A DNA stretch of 64,000 nt from Pristiophorus japonicus (lineage: Eukaryota), in NCBI RefSeq assembly GCF_044704955.1, contig NC_091990.1:46004001-46068000 (forward strand), given 5' to 3'. The notes under the pieces are model-generated. The model worked only from the letters and a program-made list of their open reading frames with translations, searched no databases and had not been told where the DNA came from. Below are positions 40,481 to 52,330 of the stretch, in pieces. The translations under genes were made by a program, and so were the position numbers. How positions within the stretch are numbered: the first letter of the stretch is position 1; each line of letters begins with the position of its first letter.

Positions 40481-41225
40481 ATAAGAATATAAGAACATAG
40501 GAGCAGGAGTAGGCCATTTGGCCCCTCGAGCTTGTTCCGCCATTTAATAAGATCATGGCTGATCTGATCATGGACTCAGCTCCACTTCCCTGCCAGCTCC
40601 CCATAACCCTTTACACCCTTATCGCTCAAAAATCTGTCTATCTCCGCCTTAAATATATTCAATGACCCTGCCTCCACAGCTCTCTGGGGAAGAGAATTCC
40701 ATAGATTTACAACCCTCTGAGAAAAAATTCTTCCTCATCTCAGTTTTAAATGGTCGGCCCCTTATTCTGAGACTATGTCCCCTAGCTTTAGTTTCCCCTG
40801 TGAGAGGAAATATCCTTTCTGCATCCACCTTGTCGAGCCCCCTCATTATCTTATATGTTTCGATAAGATCATCTCTCATTCTTCTGAACTCCAATGTGTA
40901 TAAGCCCAACCTACTTAACCTATTGTCATAAGTCAACCCCCTCCGGAATCAACGTAGTGAACCTTCTCTGAACAGCCTCCAATGCAAGTATATCCTTCCT
41001 TAAATACAGAGACCAAAATTCTACGCAGTATTCTAGGTGTGGCCTCACCAATACCCTGTACAATTGTAGCAGGACTTCTCTGCTTTTATACTCTATCCCC
41101 CTTGCAATAAATGCCAACATTCCATTTGCCTTCCTGATTATCTGCATGCTAACTTTTTGTGATTCTTGCACAGGATTCCCAGGTCCGTCTGTACTGCAAC
41201 ACTTTGCAATTTTTCTCCAATAAAC
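40481..41225 (-). mobile_element. CR1 3' fragment (different subfamily, (TTCTTATG/A)n tail)
   Basis: KANGMLAFIARGIEYKSREVLLQLYRVLVRPHLEYCVEFW and LGLYTLEFRRMRDDLIETYKI. Confidence 0.9.
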
Positions 41226-41615
41226 CAAAGCTTAAAAGCTCTCCCTAATAACAAGAGGGGACAATGCTTGGCCTGGGGTTATTGATTAATTTAACTCAGC
41301 CTAATTTTGCTGAATATTGGAAAATAAACCAAAAGTGGTAACTCATCATGGAGGATACACCACTGAAATGAAAAGAATAAATGTGAGGCAGTTGGATTTT
41401 TTTTCTCAAAAAAGGGATTGAAGGATATGGTGAATAGTGCAATGGAGATAGTATAAAAGAAAAGATGGGTTCATTGGGGCTAATAGCTTAACATGTTGCT
41501 AAAGATTGTTCTGATTCCTCAATTTTAGTGCTCAGAGAATTGAGTAGAAGAAGAGAATGGAAAGAACATGTATTGGATAGCAGAAGCAAAGATGAAATAA
41601 AAGGGAAAGACACTA

Positions 41616-41758
41616 AGGCCAAGAAATTCGTTACGGGCAGTGGCGCAAACTGGGTGCCACTGTGGTCAATGGAACTGAATATCAGGCACTGCGTATAACG
41701 GGCGGCCAATCCTATACCGCCTGTTTTGCGCCACCCCCCGAAATGAATTTTTGGGCCC
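41616..41758. mobile_element. Very short Harbinger-type MITE
   Basis: TIRs ggccaagaaattc / gaatttttgggccc; CpG-rich interior. Confidence 0.6.
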
Positions 41759-42029
41759 TAATTCTTTGTTCTGGAAGAACAGAGCCATCTTGATCACTGT
41801 AAAGGTAAAATAACTAAGTGGATTTAGTACTAACGATGTGGAGCAGAGCAGGATGTAGAGTATGTTTAGCACTACAGATCCCAATGTACTTTATGTGCAC
41901 AAAAATGATACAAAATGCTACTTGTATTGAACAGCCATTATTCATAAAAATTATTAATTTTTCAGTTTGATTCCATCTGAGCTACGTGAGCCCATTGCTT
42001 GGAAAGTTTAAAATTTCCTGAAAAGGAAT

Positions 42030-42776
42030 GGCCTAGAATTTGCGGTCAGCAGCAGACCGAAGCCCCGAAGTACGCTCTGCTCAAGGATCTCGCAATCCCT
42101 GTGTCAAGAACTTCAGGTTTTCTGACATTCAGTTCAATTGAATGGAACTTAATGGGGATCCCCTTGTGCGAACTGCTGTGACATCAATAGGCTGTCTAAG
42201 TAGCCAACCAAAAGGCAGAATTCTCACAGACAGCGAACAAGGAAGTGAGTAAGCTCTTAAAATGCTAACTTTTTTAAATGGTTAGAGAGAGCAAAAGAAC
42301 TATTGGGGCTCACACATGGGGAAAGGGCAAACCTAAAATAAAGATGCACAAACTTAAAAACAAATGTAACTTTTTGAAAAGTTTCTTAATTTTAATTTCG
42401 CACTGCAAAAAATTTTTAATTAATTTTCCAGGCCCTTAACCTTTGTTTAACAGTCAATCTGCTGATAACACCCCAGTTACACCTCCTCTCTTTGGGTCTA
42501 ACTTTTAGTGGGGAACTTAACAGCGACTTACTGTGGAAGAGGCAAAGTTATCGTCACTTTCAATGATTTACGAGATTTCACTCATTACTGGCTCTGTGGT
42601 GGGGGTGAGGGGGGGGGGGGGAATGGGCATAGTACAACCCGTTTCGGAGCTGTCACTGACAGACCACAGCTTTGCGATTTCCGCATGTGCCAAATCCCAA
42701 AGTTGCGCTCAGTTTCAGTGGTGGTTTGACGGTGACGCTGCCAGTTCACCGTCAACCCCGCCGCAAATTCAGGACC
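42030..42776. mobile_element. Harbinger-type MITE
   Basis: TIRs ggcctagaatttgcgg / ccgcaaattcaggacc; TSD AAT. Confidence 0.85.
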
Positions 42777-42871
42777 AATGTGTTTTATTGTCATCATTTG
42801 GAGCACCAGACACAATGCTCTATACAAACACAGCACACTGAAACAAAGGATCTCCAAATCTGAAAGTAAAC

Positions 42872-43035
42872 GCAAAATAGAAATGCTGGTCTGTCCATTT
42901 CTAAGATAAAAACAACAGGCTCATGTTTCCAATATGAACCCTTCCACATTCTGAGTAAGGGACTGCACCTAAAATTCTCCCATCATCTTTCTAAGACGTT
43001 GACAGATCTCTTGGGTTTTATTCTAAAATTTTTGG
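42872..43035. mobile_element. Degenerate Penelope-end foldback
   Basis: agaaatgctgg...atgtttc...aacccttc followed by ctgagtaaggg...cacctaaaa; same layout as 63200-63550. Confidence 0.4.
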
Positions 43036-43510
43036 TCCGAACACAAAAATAATTGTCTCATAAACCTTGTTGAATTGCCTGTTTTAATAGTTATATAAAT
43101 ATTCAATTGAATACTAAATGCATTACCAGTAGGTTCTAACTTGACATAACAGATGGTTATAATACACACAGGGGCTTCAGATGACATTGTAAACCATGAG
43201 AGTGAAGCTTGGGCAGCATGTAAACATCAATTGAACCCAGGTGTATTATAATCTTAAGACACACTCTCAATCATTTAGAGGAGATAGATTTAATTACTCA
43301 TAAAAATTGGAAAGTATTTTGTGCTTTGCAGGATGTTCTTTTTGTAATTGTTCCTCCTTATTATCCATTATGTCTTCAATCGTTTCAGCACAGTTTGACA
43401 TCAACAGAAAATAGATGGGTTTATGAGCAGATTAGACACAATCAAATGATTTCTAAATTGAGTATTACTTCTAAGCAAAGACCATTGGATTACTGGCAGT
43501 GAAATCCATT

Positions 43511-44273
43511 GGCTTAGAAATTGGCCTCCTTAGTGCTTCCCATATTCGCTTCCGGGGGGGGGGGCGATAACGGGGTGCGAACGACTGACTGACCGGGTGC
43601 AGCGAGATGAACGACTTCCGCGAACTTCAGCGAGAGCTTTGCGGCGGTGGTAAGCCATTGCTCCCCGATCTCCTTTGCCCGGAGACCATGACATCATCGT
43701 CGTGCGCATCGCCCTGGTAGCTCGCCGGCCTGAGCTTCGGTTCTGTCCCCTGCAGCATCGCCGGGCGAAAACACCGACAGCTGCAGGAAGCTTTGATCAG
43801 GAAGCTGGGTGCTTCTGGGTCAAAGGTTAAAGTGGAGGTAACCGAGACAAATCCAAAATCTCTGAAATGTTTTTTTTACAATTTAAAAACATTTTCTGGA
43901 CCCCAATCGATCAGCCCGGCCCTCTGCTGGAGTGCATGGGACTGATCAGGCCGATCACGGCTGCCATCGGGGACCAGCTCACTGGTCCCATTGCAGAGCC
44001 TGCAGCGATGGCCTTTCCCTTTAAGGGAGGGAAGGAGCCTCGGATCGCGGCAGTGCTGCACGGCCCATTGTACAGCGCTGCACCACTACCGGCCAGCCTG
44101 CGTCCGTTAGCGCTCTAGGAAGGAAGTGGAGTGCTTGATTTAGTGCTCCACTTCCTACCTGGAGCGTAAACACTGAATTTAAAAAAATCTGCAAAACATT
44201 AGCGCCTGCCGCTAATTTTTTTCAACTTTCAAAAGTCAGCGCCCCATATGGGGTGCTCCCGAAATACTGCCCC
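43511..44273. mobile_element. Harbinger-type MITE
   Basis: Ends ggcttagaaattgg ... cgaaatactgcccc; TSD ATT; CpG-rich. Confidence 0.7.
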
Positions 44274-44409
44274 ATTCTTTGTAGTGAAGCTTGTCACACC
44301 CAGGACCTTTCTACAGTCTATTTTATGTGGCAATAATTGTGCTTCAGCAAATAATGGTCAACTCTGTATCTTAACTTCTACACACTAGGTACAGAATTCA
44401 GCTGACAAT

Positions 44410-44642
44410 TGTTATGTCCTAGGATGCTCTGATAATGACTCCACGAGGCAGTGTGTTGTACTTGAACTGTAGTGATTTTAGTCCTTTATTGATAACTCCA
44501 GAGTGAAGATCACACCTGGTGGCCTGTCATTTATACTAGGTCAGGCACACCTGTACAGGTAACCTACAAGTCTCTCACTGCTATGCCCTCTGGTGCAACA
44601 CCTTGTGATAGTACAAACAGTAGCCATGTAGGATACATGACA
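44410..44642 (-). mobile_element. Gypsy solo LTR
   Basis: Bounded by TGTTATG...CATGACA with a 5-bp TSD ACAAT. The reverse complement shares aataaa..ttcaagtacaa..gcctcgtggagt with the 52331 and 55360 LTRs. Confidence 0.9.
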
Positions 44643-44650
44643 ACAATAAT

Positions 44651-45200
44651 GGGCCAGATCTTGCTTGAGTGGGGTTTCACTAACTATGCGTCGTTAGTTA
44701 GACTTTTTCCTGCACCTTTCAGCTCGAACAACTTTTGTCCTGTAAGTTGCTGGAAGTGCGAGCTGGTAACGGCATGGTGAGGGCAACAAAGCACCTGGGA
44801 CCTGAGTAAGCAAAGGGACCAACAGTGTCTCTCCTCAACCAATGAGATTTAAGGATTGAAAAAGAAACATGAATGACAGAGAAGGAGGATGAATTATAGT
44901 GGGTAAATTAGAGTCAAAGCAGATACAGAGTGAGAAATAAAGCAAGATTGGATTGAAAGAGAAAAAGAGGCAGAAAGGAAAGTTTGGAAAAAAATAAATT
45001 AAAGTTTAATTCGAGTTTCATATGCAAATCAAGCAAGTTCTTAAAAATAATGGGGAGGTTGAGGGTGAGAGACCGTTTATGTGAGGCAAACAATGGCATA
45101 AATCTCTTCCTGAACTTGATGGCCGATTTGCGCATTAATAACGACGTGAGTTTTGAATGCGCTGCTATTGGGCCAACGTCTGGGAGAGAAGTGCAAAGCT
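44651..45200. mobile_element. Harbinger-type MITE (family of 13233-13878)
   Basis: Starts gggccagatcttgc; internal blocks are the reverse complement of the 13.3-13.8 kb copy. Confidence 0.55.
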
Positions 45201-45724
45201 TTGCTCTTGATACCCTGTACAAATTGTTTTACAGAACATTGAGCTCCAGCTGCAACAGATCTGACATAGACATGGCAGCTTGGCTTAGATACCAACATGG
45301 CTGGTGGTGCTTTTCTGGGCATGACCATGTGAGGTCTGAGAGGCACAACATCTCCTTAAGAGTTTTGAACTGAACTGAATCCAGAAGAAAGAAATTGATT
45401 TTCTCTGCAGCCTGTCGAATTATGTTTTATGCAACTCTGAAGTCGCTGACTGGGACTTGTAGAGTTTTCTTCAGCTAACAGGCTTCAGAGAGCTCGCTTC
45501 CCTCATACCTGACCAGATCCAATTTCTGTTCATTACACCTGTCCTGCAAAAAAATTAGACCTGTCAAGTCTCATTTAATGAACAATACTGATAAATTACT
45601 GGGTGATTGCTGCCTAGAGATACGACTCTCATAACTGCATTCTCAGGCACAAGAAAAACATGAACTCAATGGGTTTCCAGTGTTGAGGAAATTGCATGCT
45701 TTACATGCACGATGTATAACAATG

Positions 45725-46576
45725 GGGCAAAAATTGCGGCCTCTCCGGATGCTTATGAAGTGCACACACACCCCATGCGCAACAAGCAATATATAGCAGT
45801 TCAAAAATAAAGTCTTTTTTTTAAAAGCATAAAACATAAGAAAAAAATTGAAACAGCTCATCAATATTTATCAACATAAACACATGGATGGAAAGTACAG
45901 AACTGCTTGAATGTCCTAAAATGGCTAATTCTGGTTATGGGAGAAAGCCGATTCTCGGCACGCAATGCGCACACGCTGAGAACCGGCTTTTCCGATCTGT
46001 CAAAATTTCTTTTGGCAGATCGAACGCATCCCCGCAGGAAGGACATTCACGGTTGGAGATTGGGCTATTTGCCCAACTCTTGCCCAGCGAATGTCCCTCA
46101 AACTCTTAACGTCTGTTAAAAGCAGGCGTATAGCTTACTTTTACCGTAAGAGTTTTAAAACATAGAAAAATTAAATTTAATCACTCATTTTTATATTAAA
46201 AACCCTGTTCATTAAGGTAAGTTTATTTTTAACCCTAATTTTTTTCAAAAACATTTAATTACATTCAATTTCAATTAATTTTAAATATGTGAGGTTTTTC
46301 TTTATTTATTGTTCTTGTTTTTGGGGGGTTTTCTCATTGATAGTAATGTGAGCTCGTTAAAAACAGAACTCCCATCAATGAGAATACTAGATATTGATTG
46401 ATGGTCCAGGCCCACGTGATTCCAAGATACCTGGAAGACATCTTCCTGTACGCTGCACAGCGAATGAAGGCCACCGACCGGGATCTACGTTCCTCCGGGA
46501 CCATCAGGCATTTTCATAGGTTTTTTCGGGTCGGAGGCATTCATCCGCAGGAAGCCTCAGACCGCAATTTTCCCCC
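45725..46576. mobile_element. Harbinger-type MITE with AT-rich core
   Basis: TIRs gggcaaaaattgcgg / ccgcaattttccccc. Confidence 0.8.
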
Positions 46577-46788
46577 ATTGTAGAAATGGGCAATATTCAC
46601 AGTAGGCATCATGCACAGAGGATCTTGCCAACACAATAACACTGCACAAATCTTGAAGGTTGGCCACAGTTGCAGCATAAGACCAGCTGGCAATCCCAAG
46701 CCTCATCTTCAGCTAAACTTGTAACGTTTGATTTTGCTACTTTACCAGCAAAGACATTTATATTTTTGATTAACTACTTGCTGTTAAT

Positions 46789-47495
46789 GGCCCAGAAATC
46801 CCTGTCGGCTGCTTTCCGTGGGCGATCGGATAAAAAAGTAAAAAAAGATGCGCACCTACCTGTTCCTGCTGAGCCCACGAGGGATCCCGGTCCTGAGGCC
46901 TTCACTCATTGTGCGTCGGGACATCCATAAGCTGGAGGTGTAGTCACATGGCTCTGGGCAGCCAGTCCAGGTAAAGCATATACTCATAATAATGGGAACT
47001 CCGTAGGTTGGAGTGCCCATTATCCCATTATTATGATTGAGAAACCCCCCCAAACACACAAAACTCTAATAAAAAATAGAAAAAAATACACCACATATTT
47101 TTATTAATTTAATTAAAGTTATTTATGTATTATAAAAAAAATATTTTTCCGATTTGAAAATAATTTTGGTTTAAAATAAACTTACCATAGTGGGGAGGGT
47201 TTTTAAACAATAAAGTGTGTTTTTAAAATTTTATTTTATAATGTTTTTAAAACTCTTATCAGGCGCAATAGTTTTCAGGACATCCACTGGGCAAGATATG
47301 GGTAAATACTGCAATCTTGCTCATGCAAATATCCTCGCTCCCAAGATGCCGAGGATCTGTCAAGCTCCAGCTTGACAGATTGGAAAAGCCGGTTTTCAGC
47401 GCATGCGCATTGTGCACTGCAAACCGGCTTTTGTTATGCCTTCCCGGGTCCATACACACTCCGTACGGACCGAGGGAGGTTGGGATTTCGAGGCC
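46789..47495. mobile_element. Harbinger-type MITE, inverted relative of 45725-46576
   Basis: TIRs ggcccagaaatccc / gggatttcgaggcc; shared aagccggttttcagcgcatgcgcattg block in the opposite orientation. Confidence 0.8.
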
Positions 47496-48413
47496 AACAA
47501 TATTGAAATTCACAGTTAGGAACTCTCCATCCCCTCCAGTAGCAGATCTGGTGTCCCAATGGCACTTCTTTTTCTCACACAGCTGTTGCATCTGTTTTTA
47601 TGTACTGTTAATGATAAATCCCCAAACAATGCACCCTGGCTACAACTAGGTCCAGGAAAACTGCCCAACTTGCTGTTTCATTTATTTTTGAGAAAAATAT
47701 CTTTGATGCAAGCTGCTATTTTCCTGGGGCAGTTTATCAGAAGCAGCTATGTACTTTAATACACATAATTTCAAATAAAGAGTAGAAGCTGCAAAAACAT
47801 TGACTTTGGCTTTAGAATTTTTGGGCTGATTCTTCTTAAAGCTGGTAAACCTGGTGTCAGGAGATTAATTCTGATTACTAGTTGTTTGGCAGATTGACTG
47901 TTAAAATGAGCAAATTAGTATTAAAACTGAACACTGCATGATCTAACCACCACTAATTTAGATCGAATGTATCTTGGCACCAACACTGATGCAAGTGGGT
48001 ATTATTTACCAGTTTTTTCCACAGAAGAGTATATTTGAATGTTGGGTTTTTAAAGCAAAGTGTATTCATGCAAGTTAAAAAAAAAACAGATGAAAGGTGG
48101 TCAAAATGTTGACGAGCTAGTCTTTGAAGTTGTGCCTGAAGACTGAAACCTGTAAGCAATTATTTGGTAATTAATAAACATCTTACATGCATTGGCCCTG
48201 GTCCTGATAACTCAACAGGGGTTGTCTGGGAAGAGCGCCGCTCTGGTTGTGAACATTGACATAAAATGGGAGCATATACCAACAGTCGGGATTTTAAAAA
48301 CAGCAAGCTGCTAGGGCAGGCTTTTATTCTGACCAAGAAGGTTAGGATGCAGGATGGTAGCTCGAAGTTATTTTAATTTGACAAAAACAAACATTGTTTG
48401 GCCAAAAACTTCA

Positions 48414-49760
48414 GGGCCGAAATTGCCCCTTCCCTGAAGGCCTGTTACCGCCAGAGATTGGTGGCCACGCTACTCAGTGGAATGGCCATTGATTGTTTGT
48501 CGATGAGCCACCATTTTGAAAATTACGCTCCTGCGGTATCCTCGCTCCGCTGCTGCCGATCCGTTCTAAGCGCGTCATCAGAGCACGCAGCACCGCCCCC
48601 CGAATGCAAAATTCTGCGCAGAAAATCTTGTTTCTGCCACTGTGTGCCAACGATAGCTTTTTCTGTCAGTGCACTGTGCTTGGAATGCTTCTAAAATGGC
48701 GGTGCAGCTGCCATTAAAGGGGACGGCCGACTGCTGCGGCCGCCATCTTATTTTTTTTTGTCGTTCGACTGCTATGTCGGGCCGACAATTATGGCCTCAG
48801 GTTCAGCCGAGCCGACAACAGGCAGCCTAGCACCCCACCTTGAATGCCAGGCTGCTGGCCCGGCCGAAACCCTCCCTGGTGGCCCAGTGGACCAAACAAA
48901 GAATCGCAGAGGCTCTCCCCTTTAAGTGAAGGGGAGCGACATGGTGACGTGCCAGCGTGATGATGTCATCAGCGCTATACTGATGAGTGACAGCAGCGGA
49001 CACTCCGCCCACCCCCACTTCCGCCCCTCTATTTCCCAAACTTCCGCTCACTGTCGCACTTTGACCGACTTGCGGGCCGCTCGAAAAACAAAAGGGAAGA
49101 GTGGAATTTCACACAAGAGGCCACCGCATCTCATCATCATAGGCAATCCCCCGAAACGAGGATGACTTGCTTCCACGCCAAAAAAGGATGAGTTCACATG
49201 TGTTTCAATGAAGGACCCGAACTACATCCTGAAGGGTGGAAGATGCCTGTGCGTGGATTTTTTTAACATGTGGTGGCCGTTGCACACCAGCCACCACACG
49301 GGCTTGACAGAGCCAGGTCTTGGTCCAGTGGCAAGGATTACCCAAGACGACTGGAGACCAGCTCTGCTGCACGGGCCTAGTGCGCACACATATGGCAGTG
49401 TGGGCTGGATTGTGCTGCCCCTGGCCCCGAACTCACGCCTCCCCTGGGCCCCGATTACGTCCCTCCACAGTCTCTCGCCGCTCCATCGCCATGACCTCGC
49501 CGCTCCTGCTGTGTCTGCCCACGCTCCAATCACCGACCTGGACCTTGATGACATCACTCTTCGCTGCCGTCGCCCTCCTGCACCAGCTCGCGCTGCTCCA
49601 TGGCCTCCACGCTGCTCCTGGGCCGCCGCTCGCCGCTCCTTTTATGACCCCAACCTGCCGCTGGTGTTCTCACGCAGGTCGGGGCCTCCATGCCGCATCC
49701 ACCGCTGCAGTAAAAGCAGTAGATGCACCGCGGTTTCGGCGGGGGTGAAATTTTGGCCCC
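48414..49760. mobile_element. Harbinger-type MITE hosting SINE copy 4
   Basis: TIRs gggccgaaattgcccc / gggggtgaaattttggcccc. Confidence 0.75.
49131..49692 (-). mobile_element. RTE-type SINE, copy 4
   Basis: TSD CCGCATC; (TCA)n at the left end, which is the (GAT)n tail on the minus strand; body is the reverse complement of copy 1. Confidence 0.85.
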
Positions 49761-49764
49761 TTCA

Positions 49765-50085
49765 TCTTTTAGATGAGATGTTAAACCAAGATCTTAGCTG
49801 CCCTCTTAGGTGGATGTAAAAGATCCCATGGCACTTTTTCGAAGAAAAGCAAGAGAGTTCCCCCAGTTGCCTGGCCAATATTTATCAGTCAACCAATATC
49901 ACTAAAAAACAGATTCTTTGGTCATTATAACATTGCTGTTTGCGGGACCTTTCTGTTTGCAAATTGGCTGGCGTCTTTCCTACAGTAAACCAGTGACTAC
50001 ACTGCAACGCTACTTCATTGGCTGTAAAGCACTTTGGGACATAATATGGTCATGGAAAGTGCTACATATATGCAAGTCCTTCGTT
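49765..50085 (+). mobile_element. DeuSINE fragment
   Basis: tcttttagatgagatgttaaacc...ggatgtaaaagatcccatggcac plus tail. Confidence 0.75.
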
Positions 50086-50183
50086 TTTTCTATCCTGATA
50101 TTGGGAATCATTCTGTATTACTTTGCAAAAACAAGTTGTACTGATTAAGTTAAAAGTGAATCCAATCATAACCGTTACTCTAT

Positions 50184-50790
50184 GGGGCCGAAATTGCCCA
50201 CCGCCTGAAACGGGGCGCACCCTCCGTGGAGATGCTGTCAATATTTGGCACTTTGAAGTTTTTTTTCGGTCGAGGCGGATGTTGTGGCGGCTGAGGGGCG
50301 TAAGTGCCCTTGCAGTGGGTCATCCGCCACGACCCGTCATCAGCGTCACGCTGACGTGTAACAATGTCTTTCCCCTTTTGTTAAAGGGAGAGCTGCTGCG
50401 AGCTCTGCATATTTTTCAGATAGGTTTACTGGGCCAACGGGGAGGGTTTTGGCCGGGCCAGCGGCCTGGAACCCAAGAGTGGGTGCCAGGCTGCCTGTTG
50501 GCGGCACAGCCAAACCCGGGGGCATAATTGTCGGTCCGACATGGCAGACGGCCGACAATAAAAAATAAAATGGCATCGCCGGCAGTGAGCCCTCCCCTTT
50601 AAGAGCAAACATGCCGCCGACCAACAAGAAGTGCACCGACAGAAAAAGCTGTCGGGGGCACCGATCGGTGGCGCCGCCGCTCCAGCGGGAGAATTCCCGT
50701 GGGGCAATTGCGGGAAGGCGTCACCGCCGGTCAGTAAGGGGTCGCTGCGTGCGTGCCGCGGTGAGAAAACGGGCGGATCAAGACTGCCTC
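50184..50790. mobile_element. Harbinger-type MITE, inverted relative of the 48414 copy
   Basis: Starts ggggccgaaattgccc; 50430-50600 is a reverse-complement homologue of 48715-48890. Confidence 0.7.
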
Positions 50791-51576
50791 AAGACTGTCT
50801 CTAAATGAAAAAGTCCTATTGACCAGTCCTCTAGTGCAGCTTAGTCTTGTAAAAGGTTTGCATTGAACACTTGCATAAAAATAACACCAATAAACCACAT
50901 TCCTTATAACTTGTCGGATGCAAAGCTTAAGAAATATAATGTAGGCAGCTCCTCCGTGAGACTTATGGGCTTTATATTAAGATCAAGTTGGACTGAGTAA
51001 TAAATCATTTTATATCACTTTGGACTACAGTACATCATTCCAGATTACTTCAGAAATAAAAATATTTAAAAATGAGCAAAGTTACAAGATACAGCCCACA
51101 GGTTAGATTTTATTAATTCTAAAATCAATTACTTCGAAGGTTACACTGCCCTTGAAAGGGCTGTACCAAAATTGGTCAAGAGACAACACTATTGCTAAAT
51201 AAAAAAAGAATCACTCAAATTTAAGGATGTGCAGCAAAGATATTTAGCATTGCCTGCTAAAAATTGGCAATGGGGCTAAACAATGCTGGCCTGTCTGATT
51301 TTTTAACAATTTGCAACCAAAGTGAGTGAAGGTAATTATGGATCATATACTTGCTTTGTATTTTATGAATAAAAAAGTATTTTTACAAATGTTGCAATAA
51401 AGTGATCTTATACAAAAGAAGACATGGAAATACATATTTGAGATTCCTTGCAAGGTTAATTTGTTCAACAGTTGGATAAGTTTTGGGCCAAGACAATAAA
51501 TACCAGTCTCTGACCATCTGCCCTGTGGCATAGTGCTCTGCACATCAACTATATGAGACTCTCAAGTTAAACTTAC

Positions 51577-51743
51577 TGATACTTCTGTTCCTCACTTCCC
51601 AGAGCAAAGTAGTCAAAGACAGCAAATGCTTCATTTCCAATCCAGTCCTTCAGTTGAATGCGTAGAACATGAGGAGACTTGCTGGTAAGCAAGTGTACAA
51701 ATTCATTTCCGAGCCAATATTCTCCTGAGGGGTCTCCAAAACC
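51577..51743 (-). CDS. angpt2b: Angiopoietin (ANGPT2-like/angpt2b-like) internal coding exon, fibrinogen-like domain (equivalent to exon 7 of ANGPT1/2)
   Basis: Translates as GFGDPSGEYWLGNEFVHLLTSKSPHVLRIQLKDWIGNEAFAVFDYFALGSEEQKY. Acceptor tcatcag|GGT at 51743 and donor CA|gtaagt at 51577. Length is 167 bp, phase 0 to phase 2, as in the homologous ANGPT exon. Family assignment is firm; the paralog symbol is tentative. Confidence 0.93.
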
Positions 51744-52330
51744 CTGATGAGACAATAGTTGTAAACAATTATTAAGTATGGTCACACAAGAGCAGAAGAT
51801 CCTGATCCACATGCAACAAGACTTCAACTTAGTAAATAGCTTCTTTCAAAAGTATACACACCTAAATGTATTTGCTTACAAACTGTTAAGATAGAATGGC
51901 AATGCCATTCATGACTAATGATTCATATGGCTGCAAGAAAAACTGATACTCTGCTGACACTTAGCATGGAGTAAAGTTAAATGCTAAATTTATTCCAATT
52001 TATTCTGTGATCTTTTGTTTTAAAAAAAAGGGTAATTGTTTCAATGGGCTGTTCTGCTGCCACCCCTACCCTATATGTTGAAGGAGCAGGAGCAGAAGAG
52101 GGTAGTACAATTTTAGGGAAAATAACATCATGTTCAAGTTGCTTGAAGCATTTCAATGCAGTTTACACCACAGGCTTGGAACAAGGCAAAGGAAGCATTT
52201 GGCAAGCATATTTTTTCACAAAGACTATCTCCAATAAAATAAAACTCTACGTGGTAACTGGAATGATGTTGAATGGAATATGTTCTACCTTTGCATAGTC
52301 AGAAACAGCACAAGTTAGGGTACAATTTAC

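Larger units (their letters stand above)
13039..51576 (-). other. 38.5-kb GT-AG intron of the angiopoietin gene
   Basis: Bounded by gtaagt (51576) and cacag (13039); the phases of the two exons are compatible. Confidence 0.85.

Noticed and set aside
48398-50810. CpG island or promoter
   Set aside because: The CpG richness is confined to TIR-bounded MITEs and a SINE.
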